Source: an uncultured Bacteroidales bacterium (GTDB taxonomy: Bacteria; Bacteroidota; Bacteroidia; Bacteroidales; WCHB1-69). From it: a stretch of 64,000 bases of DNA. A program made the position numbers and the translations under genes. Below the pieces are notes generated by a model, which was not told where the DNA came from, ran no database searches, and worked only from the letters and a program-made list of their open reading frames with translations. Location of the stretch: the NCBI GenBank assembly GCA_905233745.1, contig CAJODA010000002.1, positions 1,916-65,915 of the forward strand, in the 5' to 3' direction. This document shows, in pieces, positions 9,366 through 17,989 of the stretch (the stretch's first letter is position 1; the number at the start of each line of letters is the position of its first letter).

Positions 9366-9917
9366 ATGAAAAACATCACCTTTATCTTAGGCTCACTGCG
9401 CAAGCAGTCTTTTAATCGCCAACTGGCGGCTATGGCGGAAGAGATGCTCTCTGACCGTTTCAATATCAATTATCTCGAGTTCGAAGACGTTCCATTGATG
9501 AATCAGGATTTGGAAATGGACGCCCCTGCGGCGGTAAAACGTGTAAGGGAAGAGATCCTCGCCACTGATGGCATCTGGATTTTCACTCCGGAATACAATT
9601 ACAGTTACCCCGGACTGCTCAAAAACCTCCTTGACTGGCTTTCCCGCCCGATGGACATGAGCAATTTCACGAACCTCTCCGCGGTGGTCGGCAAGAAAGT
9701 CACCATCAGTGGCGCCGGTGGACAGAACAAAACAGCCACCTGCCGCGCCAAATTGTGCGATTTGCTGGAGTTTATGAAAATGCAGGTGATGAAAGAACCG
9801 CAAACAGGCATTGCCCTTGGTGTGGAAGCATGGACTAAAGGCGAGTTCAATCTTACATCGGAACAAGTCGCGCAGCTAAAAGAACAAGCAGAGCGTTTTG
9901 CGGAATTTTTGGGATAA
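9366..9917 (+). CDS. NAD(P)H-dependent FMN reductase family oxidoreductase
   Basis: Start reset to MKNITFILGSLRKQSFNRQLA. Also contains TPEYNYSYPGLLKNLLDWLS, typical of the flavodoxin-like FMN_red family. Confidence 0.8.
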   Translation: MKNITFILGSLRKQSFNRQLAAMAEEMLSDRFNINYLEFEDVPLMNQDLEMDAPAAVKRVREEILATDGIWIFTPEYNYSYPGLLKNLLDWLSRPMDMSNFTNLSAVVGKKVTISGAGGQNKTATCRAKLCDLLEFMKMQVMKEPQTGIALGVEAWTKGEFNLTSEQVAQLKEQAERFAEFLG

Positions 9918-10003
9918 GTACTTGTTCTGGCTGTATTTCCAAACCGGACATTCAAAACGGGTTAGTAAAACAAATTTAATACCTTACAATTAATACTGAT
10001 TTT

Positions 10004-10540
10004 ATGACTATTTACGATTTTAAAGTCCTCAACAACAGAGGCGAAGAGATAGATTTGGCACAATACAAGGGCCAAGTGCTCATGATTGTCAACACTGCCA
10101 GCAAGTGCGGTTTCACCCCGCAATACGACGGCTTGCAAGCTCTGTACGAGAAGTATAAAGACCGCGGTTTCATCATTCTTGGTTTCCCGTGCGACCAGTT
10201 CAAGCATCAGGAACCCGGCTCCGATGCTGAGATTGCGGAGTTCTGCAAACTCAACTTCGGCGTCACCTTCCCGCTGATGAAAAAGGTGGACGTTTATGGA
10301 GAAAACGCAGCTCCTGTTTACACCTATCTGACAACCCAGGTTCCAGAAGAGAAAGTAACCGGTTTGAAAAACAAAGCCACGATGAAGATGGTGGAGGCTT
10401 TGGCTACTGGCCGCAAAGACAGTGACATCCGCTGGAACTTCACCAAGTTCCTGATTTCCCGTGATGGTGGCCTCATCAAACGCTATGCGCCAGTCATCAC
10501 CCCTACCGAAATCGAAAAAGACATTGAAGAGATGCTATAA
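10004..10540 (+). CDS. Glutathione peroxidase (Cys-type)
   Basis: Contains IYDF...G.....YKGQVLMIVNTASKCGFTPQY..L..LY and LGFPCDQF, then WNFTKFLI. The active-site residue is Cys (TGC), not a TGA selenocysteine codon. Confidence 0.9.
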   Translation: MTIYDFKVLNNRGEEIDLAQYKGQVLMIVNTASKCGFTPQYDGLQALYEKYKDRGFIILGFPCDQFKHQEPGSDAEIAEFCKLNFGVTFPLMKKVDVYGENAAPVYTYLTTQVPEEKVTGLKNKATMKMVEALATGRKDSDIRWNFTKFLISRDGGLIKRYAPVITPTEIEKDIEEML

Positions 10541-10600
10541 TTCATAGATGCGATTATTTCCACCCTGAACAAATCCAAATCATAGAATAATCACACTTGC

Positions 10601-11716
10601 ATGATAATAGGCTCTATCACAATATTATTGCTGGCTATTCTGATTGCGACAGCTGTAATCGTAGCCATCTTTGCGCCCATTGTCGTATACCTGCCAAGAT
10701 TTGGAAAATCCCCAGCCGGAGCCCGTCTCGATCGTATCCGGCAATCCCCTCATTTCCGGAATGGAAAATTCTGCAACCTAGATGACACTGACGTTAAGAT
10801 TTCCGTCAAGATGTTTATCCGGGCTATCCGGAAAATGGTTTTCGGGAAGAAAAAGGCTCTGGTTCCACCCGAGCCCATGCATATGGAAAAACGGGATTTG
10901 AAGAATCTTGACAAAACTCGTGATTATTATGTATGGTTTGGACACTCCTCCTATCTGCTCTCACTTCACGGCACCACCATTCTGGTTGACCCCACTTTCT
11001 GCACAGCATCCCCTTTCTCATTCATCAACAAGGCATTCAAAGGCACCGATTTATATCAGCCTGAGGACATGCCGGATGTCATAGATTATCTCATCATCAC
11101 CCATGACCATTATGACCATCTGGACCATCAAACTTTCAAGAGGCTGAAAGATCGTGCCCGGCGTGTTGTGTGCCCGCTAGGAGTGGGTTCTCATTTGGAG
11201 CGCTGGGGTGTGGACTTGACCAAACTCACAGAGATGGACTGGTACGAGTCGTGCTCTTTGCAGGAGAACTGGGACGTTTTCTGCCTGCCTTCACAGCATT
11301 TTTCCGGCCGTGCGCTGAGGCGCAACAATACCCTATGGGCCTCCTTCCTGATCAAAACTCCTTTCGGCAACATCTTCGCCGGCTGCGACGGCGGTTATGG
11401 GCCCCATTTTAAAGAAATCGGGGCACAGCATCCCGACATTGATCTGGCAATCTTGGAAAACGGCCAGTACAACATACAGTGGAAAGCCATACACACCATG
11501 CCGAGCCAACTGGAGGCAGAAATCTGCGATTTGCTCGCCGCCCAAGTGATTACAATACACCACTCCAAATACGCTCTCGCCCGCCACGCCTGGGATGAGC
11601 CATTGACTAACGAAATAAAACTGAAGAAGATATTCGGACAGCGCATCCATATTGTCGCTTTGGGAGAGCTCGAGGAGTTACATCTGAAACCACAGAAAGA
11701 TAATCTGCTTCCCTAA
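10601..11716 (+). CDS. Membrane-anchored MBL-fold metallo-hydrolase
   Basis: N-terminal TM helix, the metal-binding motif ITHDHYDHLD, and later conserved His and Asp residues. Confidence 0.8.
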   Translation: MIIGSITILLLAILIATAVIVAIFAPIVVYLPRFGKSPAGARLDRIRQSPHFRNGKFCNLDDTDVKISVKMFIRAIRKMVFGKKKALVPPEPMHMEKRDLKNLDKTRDYYVWFGHSSYLLSLHGTTILVDPTFCTASPFSFINKAFKGTDLYQPEDMPDVIDYLIITHDHYDHLDHQTFKRLKDRARRVVCPLGVGSHLERWGVDLTKLTEMDWYESCSLQENWDVFCLPSQHFSGRALRRNNTLWASFLIKTPFGNIFAGCDGGYGPHFKEIGAQHPDIDLAILENGQYNIQWKAIHTMPSQLEAEICDLLAAQVITIHHSKYALARHAWDEPLTNEIKLKKIFGQRIHIVALGELEELHLKPQKDNLLP

Positions 11717-11829
11717 AACTGTCATCTTTTACGAAAACAGATTGTTTTTTTTGCATGTTAATTCTGCACTCACATAATATTATCCATAAAAGTGAGTTGT
11801 TATTTTCACGATTTACAATATAATATAAG

Positions 11830-13536
11830 ATGAAACAGCACCTGCTCTATTTTTTAATTTTATTTGCATTGGCAGCATCATCAGGCTGTGAGAGGGACTT
11901 GATCACCTTGATTGACAATTCCGGAAGTGGTGACGACGGCGAAGTGATTGTGGACACCACTTTTTCATCAGTGGTTAACGTTGTGTTTTCCACCACTGGG
12001 GATGCCACTGTAAGCGGCACGGATGATAATTTCAACGTTACTGTGAACGGAAACCATGTAACCATCGTTTACAGTGGTGATTCTTCCATTATGTACTCCT
12101 TGTCGGGCACTACTACCGACGGCTTTTTAAAACTATATAGTGGTACTTCGCAGGGCATCAGGTTAAACAACGCCAGCATCACAAACAGAAATGGCGCCGC
12201 CATTAACATTCAAGGACCGCAATCCGAACCCGGCAAAGGTAAAAGCACTTACTTTGTGTTAACGGGGGCCAACACCCTTGCGGATGGCTCCTCTTATACG
12301 GTTACGCCCTCCAATGAGGACGAAAAAGCGGCGTTGTTCAGTGAAGGCCAGATTGTTTTCAGCGGCAACGGCTCATTAACCGTGAATGCCACTGGCAAAT
12401 CCGGCATCATTTCTGACAAATACCTGCAATTTTTATCAGGGCCCACAATCAAAGTGACCTCCACCGCTGGACACGGGATACGGGGATCTGATTATATCCT
12501 CATATCCGGCGGCAACTTGGATGTGAATGTCTCTGCCGACACCAAAAAAGGATTGGGCACAGACGGTTATCTCCATATTAATGGCGGCAGCACAACTGTT
12601 AAAGTGTCAGGCGGCGCAGCTTACGACAGTGGGGAAAGCGCCTACTCCGGCTCGGCAGGTGTCAAAACAAAAGGTGACTTTAAGATGAATGGCGGCACGC
12701 TTACCATCACCAACTCCGGCTCCGGAGGCAAGGGCATTAACGGAGATGGAGCAGGTTACTTTAACGGCGGCACGCTTACCATCACCACCACCGGATCCAA
12801 CTACACCGCAGGCGATATTTCTTCCAAAGGGATTAAATTTGACGGAAACTTGCTTTTTGCCGGCAGTAATGTGACGGTCAACTGCAGCGCAAATGAGGGT
12901 ATTGAGTCCAAAGGCACCATTTCTGTCACGGACGGCATTATCTACTGCTATTCTGCCAGCGATGACGCCATCAATTCGGGCGGCGATTTCACCATCAGTG
13001 GAGGATATGTGTTCGCATATGCTCCTTCCAATGACGGCATGGATGCCAACGGGAACTTCTACATCACGGGCGGCTTGGTGTATGCTATCGGTTCAAACGC
13101 TCCCGAAGTGGCAATAGACGCTAACACCGAGGAGGGTTATAGGCTCTATGTGCAGGGCGGCACTTTGATTGCCATCGGTGGGCTGGAGAACGGGGCTGCT
13201 CTCACGCAAAGCTGCTACTCGGCCGCATCGTGGTCGGCAAACACGTGGTATGCGCTAACGGTGGGCGGAAGCACCTATGCATTCAAGACTCCAGCCAGCG
13301 GCGGCACACCCCTTGTCGTCTCCGGAGCATCCACACCTACCCTACAGTCCGGGGTGACAGTCAGCGGCGGAACAACCATTTTCAACGGCATGCTGACCAC
13401 CGGAGCAAGCATCAGCGGAGGCTCGTCCGTCTCCCTCTCCTCCTACACAGGCGGAAATGGTGGCGGCGGACCCGGAGGAGGACCTGGTGGAGGAGGACCT
13501 GGCGGCGGATGGAAATTATCTAATAGTAAAGGCTAA
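11830..13536 (+). CDS. Beta-helix lipoprotein, Cthe_2159-like carbohydrate-binding domain family, with a Gly/Pro-rich C-terminal tail
   Basis: Lipoprotein signal MKQHLLYFLILFALAASSGC. Family-like blocks include LSGTTTDG, NASITNRNGAAINIQG, NTLADGSSYT, EDEKAALFSEGQIVFSGNGSLTVNATGKSGIISDKYL, and repeated GG.L.I..(S/T) coils. The tail reads GGNGGGGPGGGPGGGGPGGGW. Confidence 0.65.
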   Translation: MKQHLLYFLILFALAASSGCERDLITLIDNSGSGDDGEVIVDTTFSSVVNVVFSTTGDATVSGTDDNFNVTVNGNHVTIVYSGDSSIMYSLSGTTTDGFLKLYSGTSQGIRLNNASITNRNGAAINIQGPQSEPGKGKSTYFVLTGANTLADGSSYTVTPSNEDEKAALFSEGQIVFSGNGSLTVNATGKSGIISDKYLQFLSGPTIKVTSTAGHGIRGSDYILISGGNLDVNVSADTKKGLGTDGYLHINGGSTTVKVSGGAAYDSGESAYSGSAGVKTKGDFKMNGGTLTITNSGSGGKGINGDGAGYFNGGTLTITTTGSNYTAGDISSKGIKFDGNLLFAGSNVTVNCSANEGIESKGTISVTDGIIYCYSASDDAINSGGDFTISGGYVFAYAPSNDGMDANGNFYITGGLVYAIGSNAPEVAIDANTEEGYRLYVQGGTLIAIGGLENGAALTQSCYSAASWSANTWYALTVGGSTYAFKTPASGGTPLVVSGASTPTLQSGVTVSGGTTIFNGMLTTGASISGGSSVSLSSYTGGNGGGGPGGGPGGGGPGGGWKLSNSKG

Positions 13537-13556
13537 CATTTAGAATTAAGCGTTTT

Positions 13557-14396
13557 ATGAAATACAGAGGAATTATCATCCTGCTGGCAGGATTCATCTT
13601 CATCACACAATTCTCAGTCCCCGCAAGCGCGCAAACGGATGTCAACCTGGATCCCGAATTCGGTGGGAGAATATCAGCCGGCCTGGACAAGAAAATTGTC
13701 AAAGGCCTGCATATCACCCTTGATGAAGACATTTGGTTTGACAACAATTTCCGGAGTTTTGACCGCCTTCAGACCTCATTGGGTTTGAGTTACAAAGTGA
13801 ATAAGTATTTTAAAGTCGGAACGGGTTATGTCTTCATCGCCCCTTATGGTTCCAACTCCAAATCCTTCAAAAATCTACGCCATCGTCTGTATCTTGATGC
13901 GTCCGGAACGGTATGGATGGGCCAATGGACGCTGTCGCTGAAAGAGCGTTTCCAATGGACATATCGCAGTGGTGATTTCAACGTTTATCAAAACCCGCGC
14001 AACGCATTAATGCTGAAAAGCAGACTAACCTTGAAATACAGGGGATTCAAGAAAGTGACTCCCTACATCTATTTCGAGCTTCGCAATTATCTCAACGCCC
14101 CCGTCATTTACGCCAATTATGACGGCACAACCTACCTGACAGATGAGGGGACGGAAGAGGGTCCCGAAGGCTGGTTTCTTCATAGTTTCAAAGGCGGCTA
14201 CATCAACCGGTACCGCAGTTCCATCGGCCTGGATTGGAAAATCAACAAAAGGAACAACCTTGGATTCTATTTCCTCGGGGATTATCTGGACAACAAGGTG
14301 GTGGATGCCAACTCCGAAGGCACAAAACTTAAATCCTACACCAGAGAAAGAGGATTTATGGGCACGATTGGTGTAAGTTATGTTTTCGATTTCTAA
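13557..14396 (+). CDS. Small outer-membrane beta-barrel protein (DUF2490-like)
   Basis: Signal peptide MKYRGIIILLAGFIFITQFSVPASAQ, an alternating beta-strand pattern, and a terminal ...GVSYVFDF. It starts 20 nt after the beta-helix lipoprotein gene. Confidence 0.5.
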   Translation: MKYRGIIILLAGFIFITQFSVPASAQTDVNLDPEFGGRISAGLDKKIVKGLHITLDEDIWFDNNFRSFDRLQTSLGLSYKVNKYFKVGTGYVFIAPYGSNSKSFKNLRHRLYLDASGTVWMGQWTLSLKERFQWTYRSGDFNVYQNPRNALMLKSRLTLKYRGFKKVTPYIYFELRNYLNAPVIYANYDGTTYLTDEGTEEGPEGWFLHSFKGGYINRYRSSIGLDWKINKRNNLGFYFLGDYLDNKVVDANSEGTKLKSYTRERGFMGTIGVSYVFDF

Positions 14397-14418
14397 CACT
14401 CGCTAATATCAATTTTTT

Positions 14419-15309
14419 ATGATGCAAACATTAATAAACACGATTTGTTCGGTTACCTGGAAAGTTAACCCGGTTGCATTCCACCTTGGATCCATTGAAG
14501 TAAGATGGTATGGCATCTTTTTGGCTACGGGCTTTTTACTGGCATACTACACGCTCCAACAGATTTTCAAAACTGAGAAACTATCACAGAAGCTGTTGGA
14601 CAAAATCGCCATCTGGACGATTGTGTGGACCATTATCGGACTCCGGTTAGGACATTTCCTATTCTACGAACCGGAAATGTTTGTCACCCACCCTTTGCAA
14701 ATCCTTCTGCCATTTGATGAAAACTGGAACTTCATCGGATACCAGGGGCTTGCCAGCCACGGTGCCGTGATTGCCATTCTCTGTTTTGTCATCTATTACA
14801 CTTGGCGGCACAAAATCAACTTTCTGTGGTTGTTGGACCGTTTGGCCATAGCGATACCCATTGCAGCGGCATTTGTGCGCTGTGGCAACCTCATGAACCA
14901 CGAGATAGTGGGTAGCATCACCGATGTGCCCTGGGCCTTCGATTTCACCATGGGCGGATTTGGTATTGCGGGAACATTGCGCCACCCGGCCCAACTCTAT
15001 GAGTCCCTTGTCTATCTTCTACTGTATGCAGGTCTGACCTTCTATTATTTCAAATTCTCCAAAGGGAAAGTGGCAGCAGGGCGTACCTCCGGTATCACCT
15101 TGACCGTAATCTTTGTAGCCCGTTTCATTATTGAATTTTTCAAGGAGGTGCAAGTGGCATCCGAAATCGGGCATACCTTAAACAACGGACAAATCTTGAG
15201 CATCCCGCTCATCCTGCTTGGAATCGGATTATTGGTTTATTCCTTTGTAAAGACCTCTTATCCGGAGTGCCCATACAAAGAGGATCCGGTTGAAGTGAAA
15301 AAGAAATAG
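14419..15309 (+). CDS. lgt: Prolipoprotein diacylglyceryl transferase
   Basis: Polytopic membrane protein with RWYGIFLATGFLLAYY near the N-terminus, G.R.GN..N.E, and RHPAQLYESL. Confidence 0.9.
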   Translation: MMQTLINTICSVTWKVNPVAFHLGSIEVRWYGIFLATGFLLAYYTLQQIFKTEKLSQKLLDKIAIWTIVWTIIGLRLGHFLFYEPEMFVTHPLQILLPFDENWNFIGYQGLASHGAVIAILCFVIYYTWRHKINFLWLLDRLAIAIPIAAAFVRCGNLMNHEIVGSITDVPWAFDFTMGGFGIAGTLRHPAQLYESLVYLLLYAGLTFYYFKFSKGKVAAGRTSGITLTVIFVARFIIEFFKEVQVASEIGHTLNNGQILSIPLILLGIGLLVYSFVKTSYPECPYKEDPVEVKKK

Positions 15310-15310
15310 G

Positions 15311-16915
15311 TTATTCCCACTCTATGGTCGCGGGCGGTTTGGAGCTGATGTCATAGCATACGCGGTTCACACCCTTGACTTTATTGATAATATCGTTAGA
15401 GACCTTCGCCATGAAGTCGTAGGGCAAGTGTGCCCAGTCGGCGGTCATGGCATCCGTGCTGGTTACTGCGCGCAGGGCCACCGCACGCTCGTAGGTTCGT
15501 TCGTCACCCATCACGCCCACGCTCTTGATGGGCAACAGGATGACACCAGCCTGCCAGATTTGGTCATATAACGAAACTTCAATCTCACCGTTAGTCATGT
15601 TCGCGGGCACGCCGGCGGCCAGCACTTTGCGGGCCTCTTCGCCACTCAACCGCACTTTCCAATCGCGCAGGCCCTGGATGAAGATGTCGTCGGCATCCTG
15701 CAAAACACGCACTTTGTCGCGGGTGATGTCACCCAAAATACGCACTGCCAGACCCGGTCCCGGGAACGGATGGCGAGTGATGAGGTGCTCGGGCATACCC
15801 AACTGGCGTCCCACACGGCGGACCTCATCTTTGAACAGCCATTTCAAAGGCTCGCAAAGCTGCAAATGCATCTTCTCGGGCAGTCCGCCCACATTATGGT
15901 GACTCTTGATGACCATACCCGTGATGCTCAAACTTTCAATGCGGTCGGGATAAATAGTGCCCTGTGCCAGCCATTTGGCATCGGTGATCTTTTGCGCCTC
16001 CGCATTGAACACATCAATGAAGCCTGCCCCGATAATCTTGCGCTTGCGCTCCGGTTCAGACACACCCTCCAATTCCTTGAAGAACTTGTCGCTGGCATCC
16101 ACTCCGATCACATTAAGACCCAGACCCTCGTAGTCGCGCATCACATTCTGGAACTCGTTTTTGCGCAGGAGGCCATGATCGACAAAGATACAGGTCAGAT
16201 TCTTGCCGATGGCGCGGTGCAGCAGCATGGCACAGACTGAAGAGTCAACGCCACCGCTCAAGCCGAGAATCACACGATCGCTGCCAATTTGCTCTTTCAG
16301 CTCAGCCACCGTAGTTTCCACGAAAGAGGCGGGGCTCCACGTCTGGTGGCCACCGCAAATGCCAACCACAAAATTCTTCAACAGTAGGGTGCCTTGCACT
16401 GTATGGAACACTTCCGGATGGAACTGCACACCCCAAACTTGCTCACCCTCAAACTGGTATGCGGCATACTGAACTTTATCGGTAGAGGCAATCTTGCGGC
16501 AGTGGTCGGGCAGCTTAGTGATGGTGTCGCCATGGCTCATCCATACTTGGGTATGCGCCTCCAGACCTTGCAAGAGAGGATTATCCTGTTCAAATTCGGA
16601 GAGATTCGCACGGCCGTACTCACGACTGCCGGCGGGTTCCACATTGCCACCATTGGTGTAGGCCATGAACTGCGCTCCGTAGCATATACCCAGGATGGGA
16701 AGCCTGCCTCTGATGCCCGTCAGATCGACTTTGAATGCCTTTTCGTCATAAACACTGAAAGGGGAACCGCTCAGAATTACGCCGATAACATCTTTATCGT
16801 CCCTGGGAAACTTGTTATAGGGCACGATTTCGCAAAACATGTCCAGTTCGCGCACGCGGCGACCGATGAGTTGGGTGGTTTGGGAACCGAAATCCAGGAT
16901 AATGATTTTTTCCAT
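15311..16915 (-). CDS. guaA: GMP synthase (glutamine-hydrolysing)
   Basis: N-terminal GATase ([26 protein letters not shown]), the ATP-PPase P-loop [10 protein letters not shown], and the C-terminus [11 protein letters not shown]...[14 protein letters not shown]. Confidence 0.95.
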   Translation of the reverse strand: MEKIIILDFGSQTTQLIGRRVRELDMFCEIVPYNKFPRDDKDVIGVILSGSPFSVYDEKAFKVDLTGIRGRLPILGICYGAQFMAYTNGGNVEPAGSREYGRANLSEFEQDNPLLQGLEAHTQVWMSHGDTITKLPDHCRKIASTDKVQYAAYQFEGEQVWGVQFHPEVFHTVQGTLLLKNFVVGICGGHQTWSPASFVETTVAELKEQIGSDRVILGLSGGVDSSVCAMLLHRAIGKNLTCIFVDHGLLRKNEFQNVMRDYEGLGLNVIGVDASDKFFKELEGVSEPERKRKIIGAGFIDVFNAEAQKITDAKWLAQGTIYPDRIESLSITGMVIKSHHNVGGLPEKMHLQLCEPLKWLFKDEVRRVGRQLGMPEHLITRHPFPGPGLAVRILGDITRDKVRVLQDADDIFIQGLRDWKVRLSGEEARKVLAAGVPANMTNGEIEVSLYDQIWQAGVILLPIKSVGVMGDERTYERAVALRAVTSTDAMTADWAHLPYDFMAKVSNDIINKVKGVNRVCYDISSKPPATIEWE

Positions 16916-16929
16916 AAAGAGAAGTGTGT

Positions 16930-17496
16930 TTATGCGTTGATGATTTTGTTGATGGTGGCGGGATAATGTGTATGTTCCAGTTGGTGGATTTGTCGTTCCA
17001 CATCCTCCAGTGTGGCTCCGTCGTTTGCATGGAAGGCAAACTGTTCGATGATTTTGCCCGTATCGACACCTTCATCCACGTAATGGATGGTGATGCCGAA
17101 AACTTTCACGCCGTGTCGGAAGGCATCGGCGATGCCGTGCGCGCCGGGAAATGAGGGCAGTAATGCGGGATGCAGGTTGATGATTTTCATCGGAAAGCTC
17201 TCTAATAAAACTCGTCCGATATAGCGCATATAGCCGGCCAGAACGATATAATCCACACCTCTTTGGCGCAATTCCTGCAGAATTTCCGTTTCATACGCCT
17301 CTTTGTCGGCATACTCTTTTGCAGAAAAGGCAAAAACGGGAATCAGGTGCTCTTCAGCGCGTTCAATAGCCTTGCATCCTGGTTTGTCGGACACCAGCAA
17401 GGCAATCTCAGCATTCAAAGAATTGTTCTTTACAGCTTCTATGATGGCTTGGAAATTAGAGCCGAAGCCACTGGCGAAAACAGCGATTCTTTTCAT
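16930..17496 (-). CDS. purN: Phosphoribosylglycinamide formyltransferase
   Basis: 188 aa with [32 protein letters not shown] and [11 protein letters not shown]. Confidence 0.9.
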   Translation of the reverse strand: MKRIAVFASGFGSNFQAIIEAVKNNSLNAEIALLVSDKPGCKAIERAEEHLIPVFAFSAKEYADKEAYETEILQELRQRGVDYIVLAGYMRYIGRVLLESFPMKIINLHPALLPSFPGAHGIADAFRHGVKVFGITIHYVDEGVDTGKIIEQFAFHANDGATLEDVERQIHQLEHTHYPATINKIINA

Positions 17497-17502
17497 ACAA
17501 CA

Positions 17503-17895
17503 CTATTTTGTATCAGGGGTTTTCTCAGGCGCGGCGGCATCCTCCTTCTTTGCAGCCCTGGGATTCATAAGGTCAAAGGCGGCTTTGCGCTCATCCAAGG
17601 AAAGATTATCCCAATTTTCCATGGCTGCCTCAAATTTGGCTTTGCGCGCCTCACGGGCCTCCTTTATCGCTTTCTGTTTTTCATAGACGAGCTTCTGTTC
17701 GTCCAACAATTCTGCCTTCCGCTCATCGGTAAGATTTTCCCAATTGTTCCAATCTTCTCTGTCCTTCTGAAATTTTTCCTGCATGGCTACCGTGGCAGAG
17801 TCCGTTTGCTCTGTATCAGAAGACGGTTTTGAACCGTTATGGCAACCTGCCATCAACAAGCTGCCAACTGCAAGTAAAAGAAATAGTTTCTTCAT
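17503..17895 (-). CDS. Small charged lipoprotein with an internal helical repeat
   Basis: Lipoprotein signal MKKLFLLLAVGSLLMAGC. The repeated motif is NWENLTDERKAEL / NWDNLSLDERKAAF. It is the first gene of the lipoprotein-purN-guaA string. Confidence 0.6.
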   Translation of the reverse strand: MKKLFLLLAVGSLLMAGCHNGSKPSSDTEQTDSATVAMQEKFQKDREDWNNWENLTDERKAELLDEQKLVYEKQKAIKEAREARKAKFEAAMENWDNLSLDERKAAFDLMNPRAAKKEDAAAPEKTPDTK

Positions 17896-17920
17896 TGTTC
17901 ACCTATTTTATAACAGAATG

Positions 17921-17928
17921 CAAAAGTA
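17921..17928 (-). promoter_or_regulatory. -7 promoter box (TACTTTTG on the minus strand) for the lipoprotein-purN-guaA unit
   Basis: The reverse complement of caaaagta matches TAnnTTTG, 25 nt upstream of the ATG at 17895. Confidence 0.55.
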
Positions 17929-17960
17929 GTAAAAAAACGGTTGTTAACGGCTATTTTTTG

Positions 17961-17968
17961 TACTTTTG
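17961..17968 (+). promoter_or_regulatory. -7 promoter box TACTTTTG for the S9 peptidase gene
   Basis: Matches TAnnTTTG, 21 nt upstream of the ATG at 17990. Confidence 0.6.
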
Positions 17969-17989
17969 CACCCTCTTAATATCAAGCGT

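Noticed and set aside
10106-10108. Possible selenocysteine recoding in the glutathione peroxidase active site.
   Set aside because: The active-site codon is TGC (Cys) within NTASKCGFT. There is no in-frame TGA.
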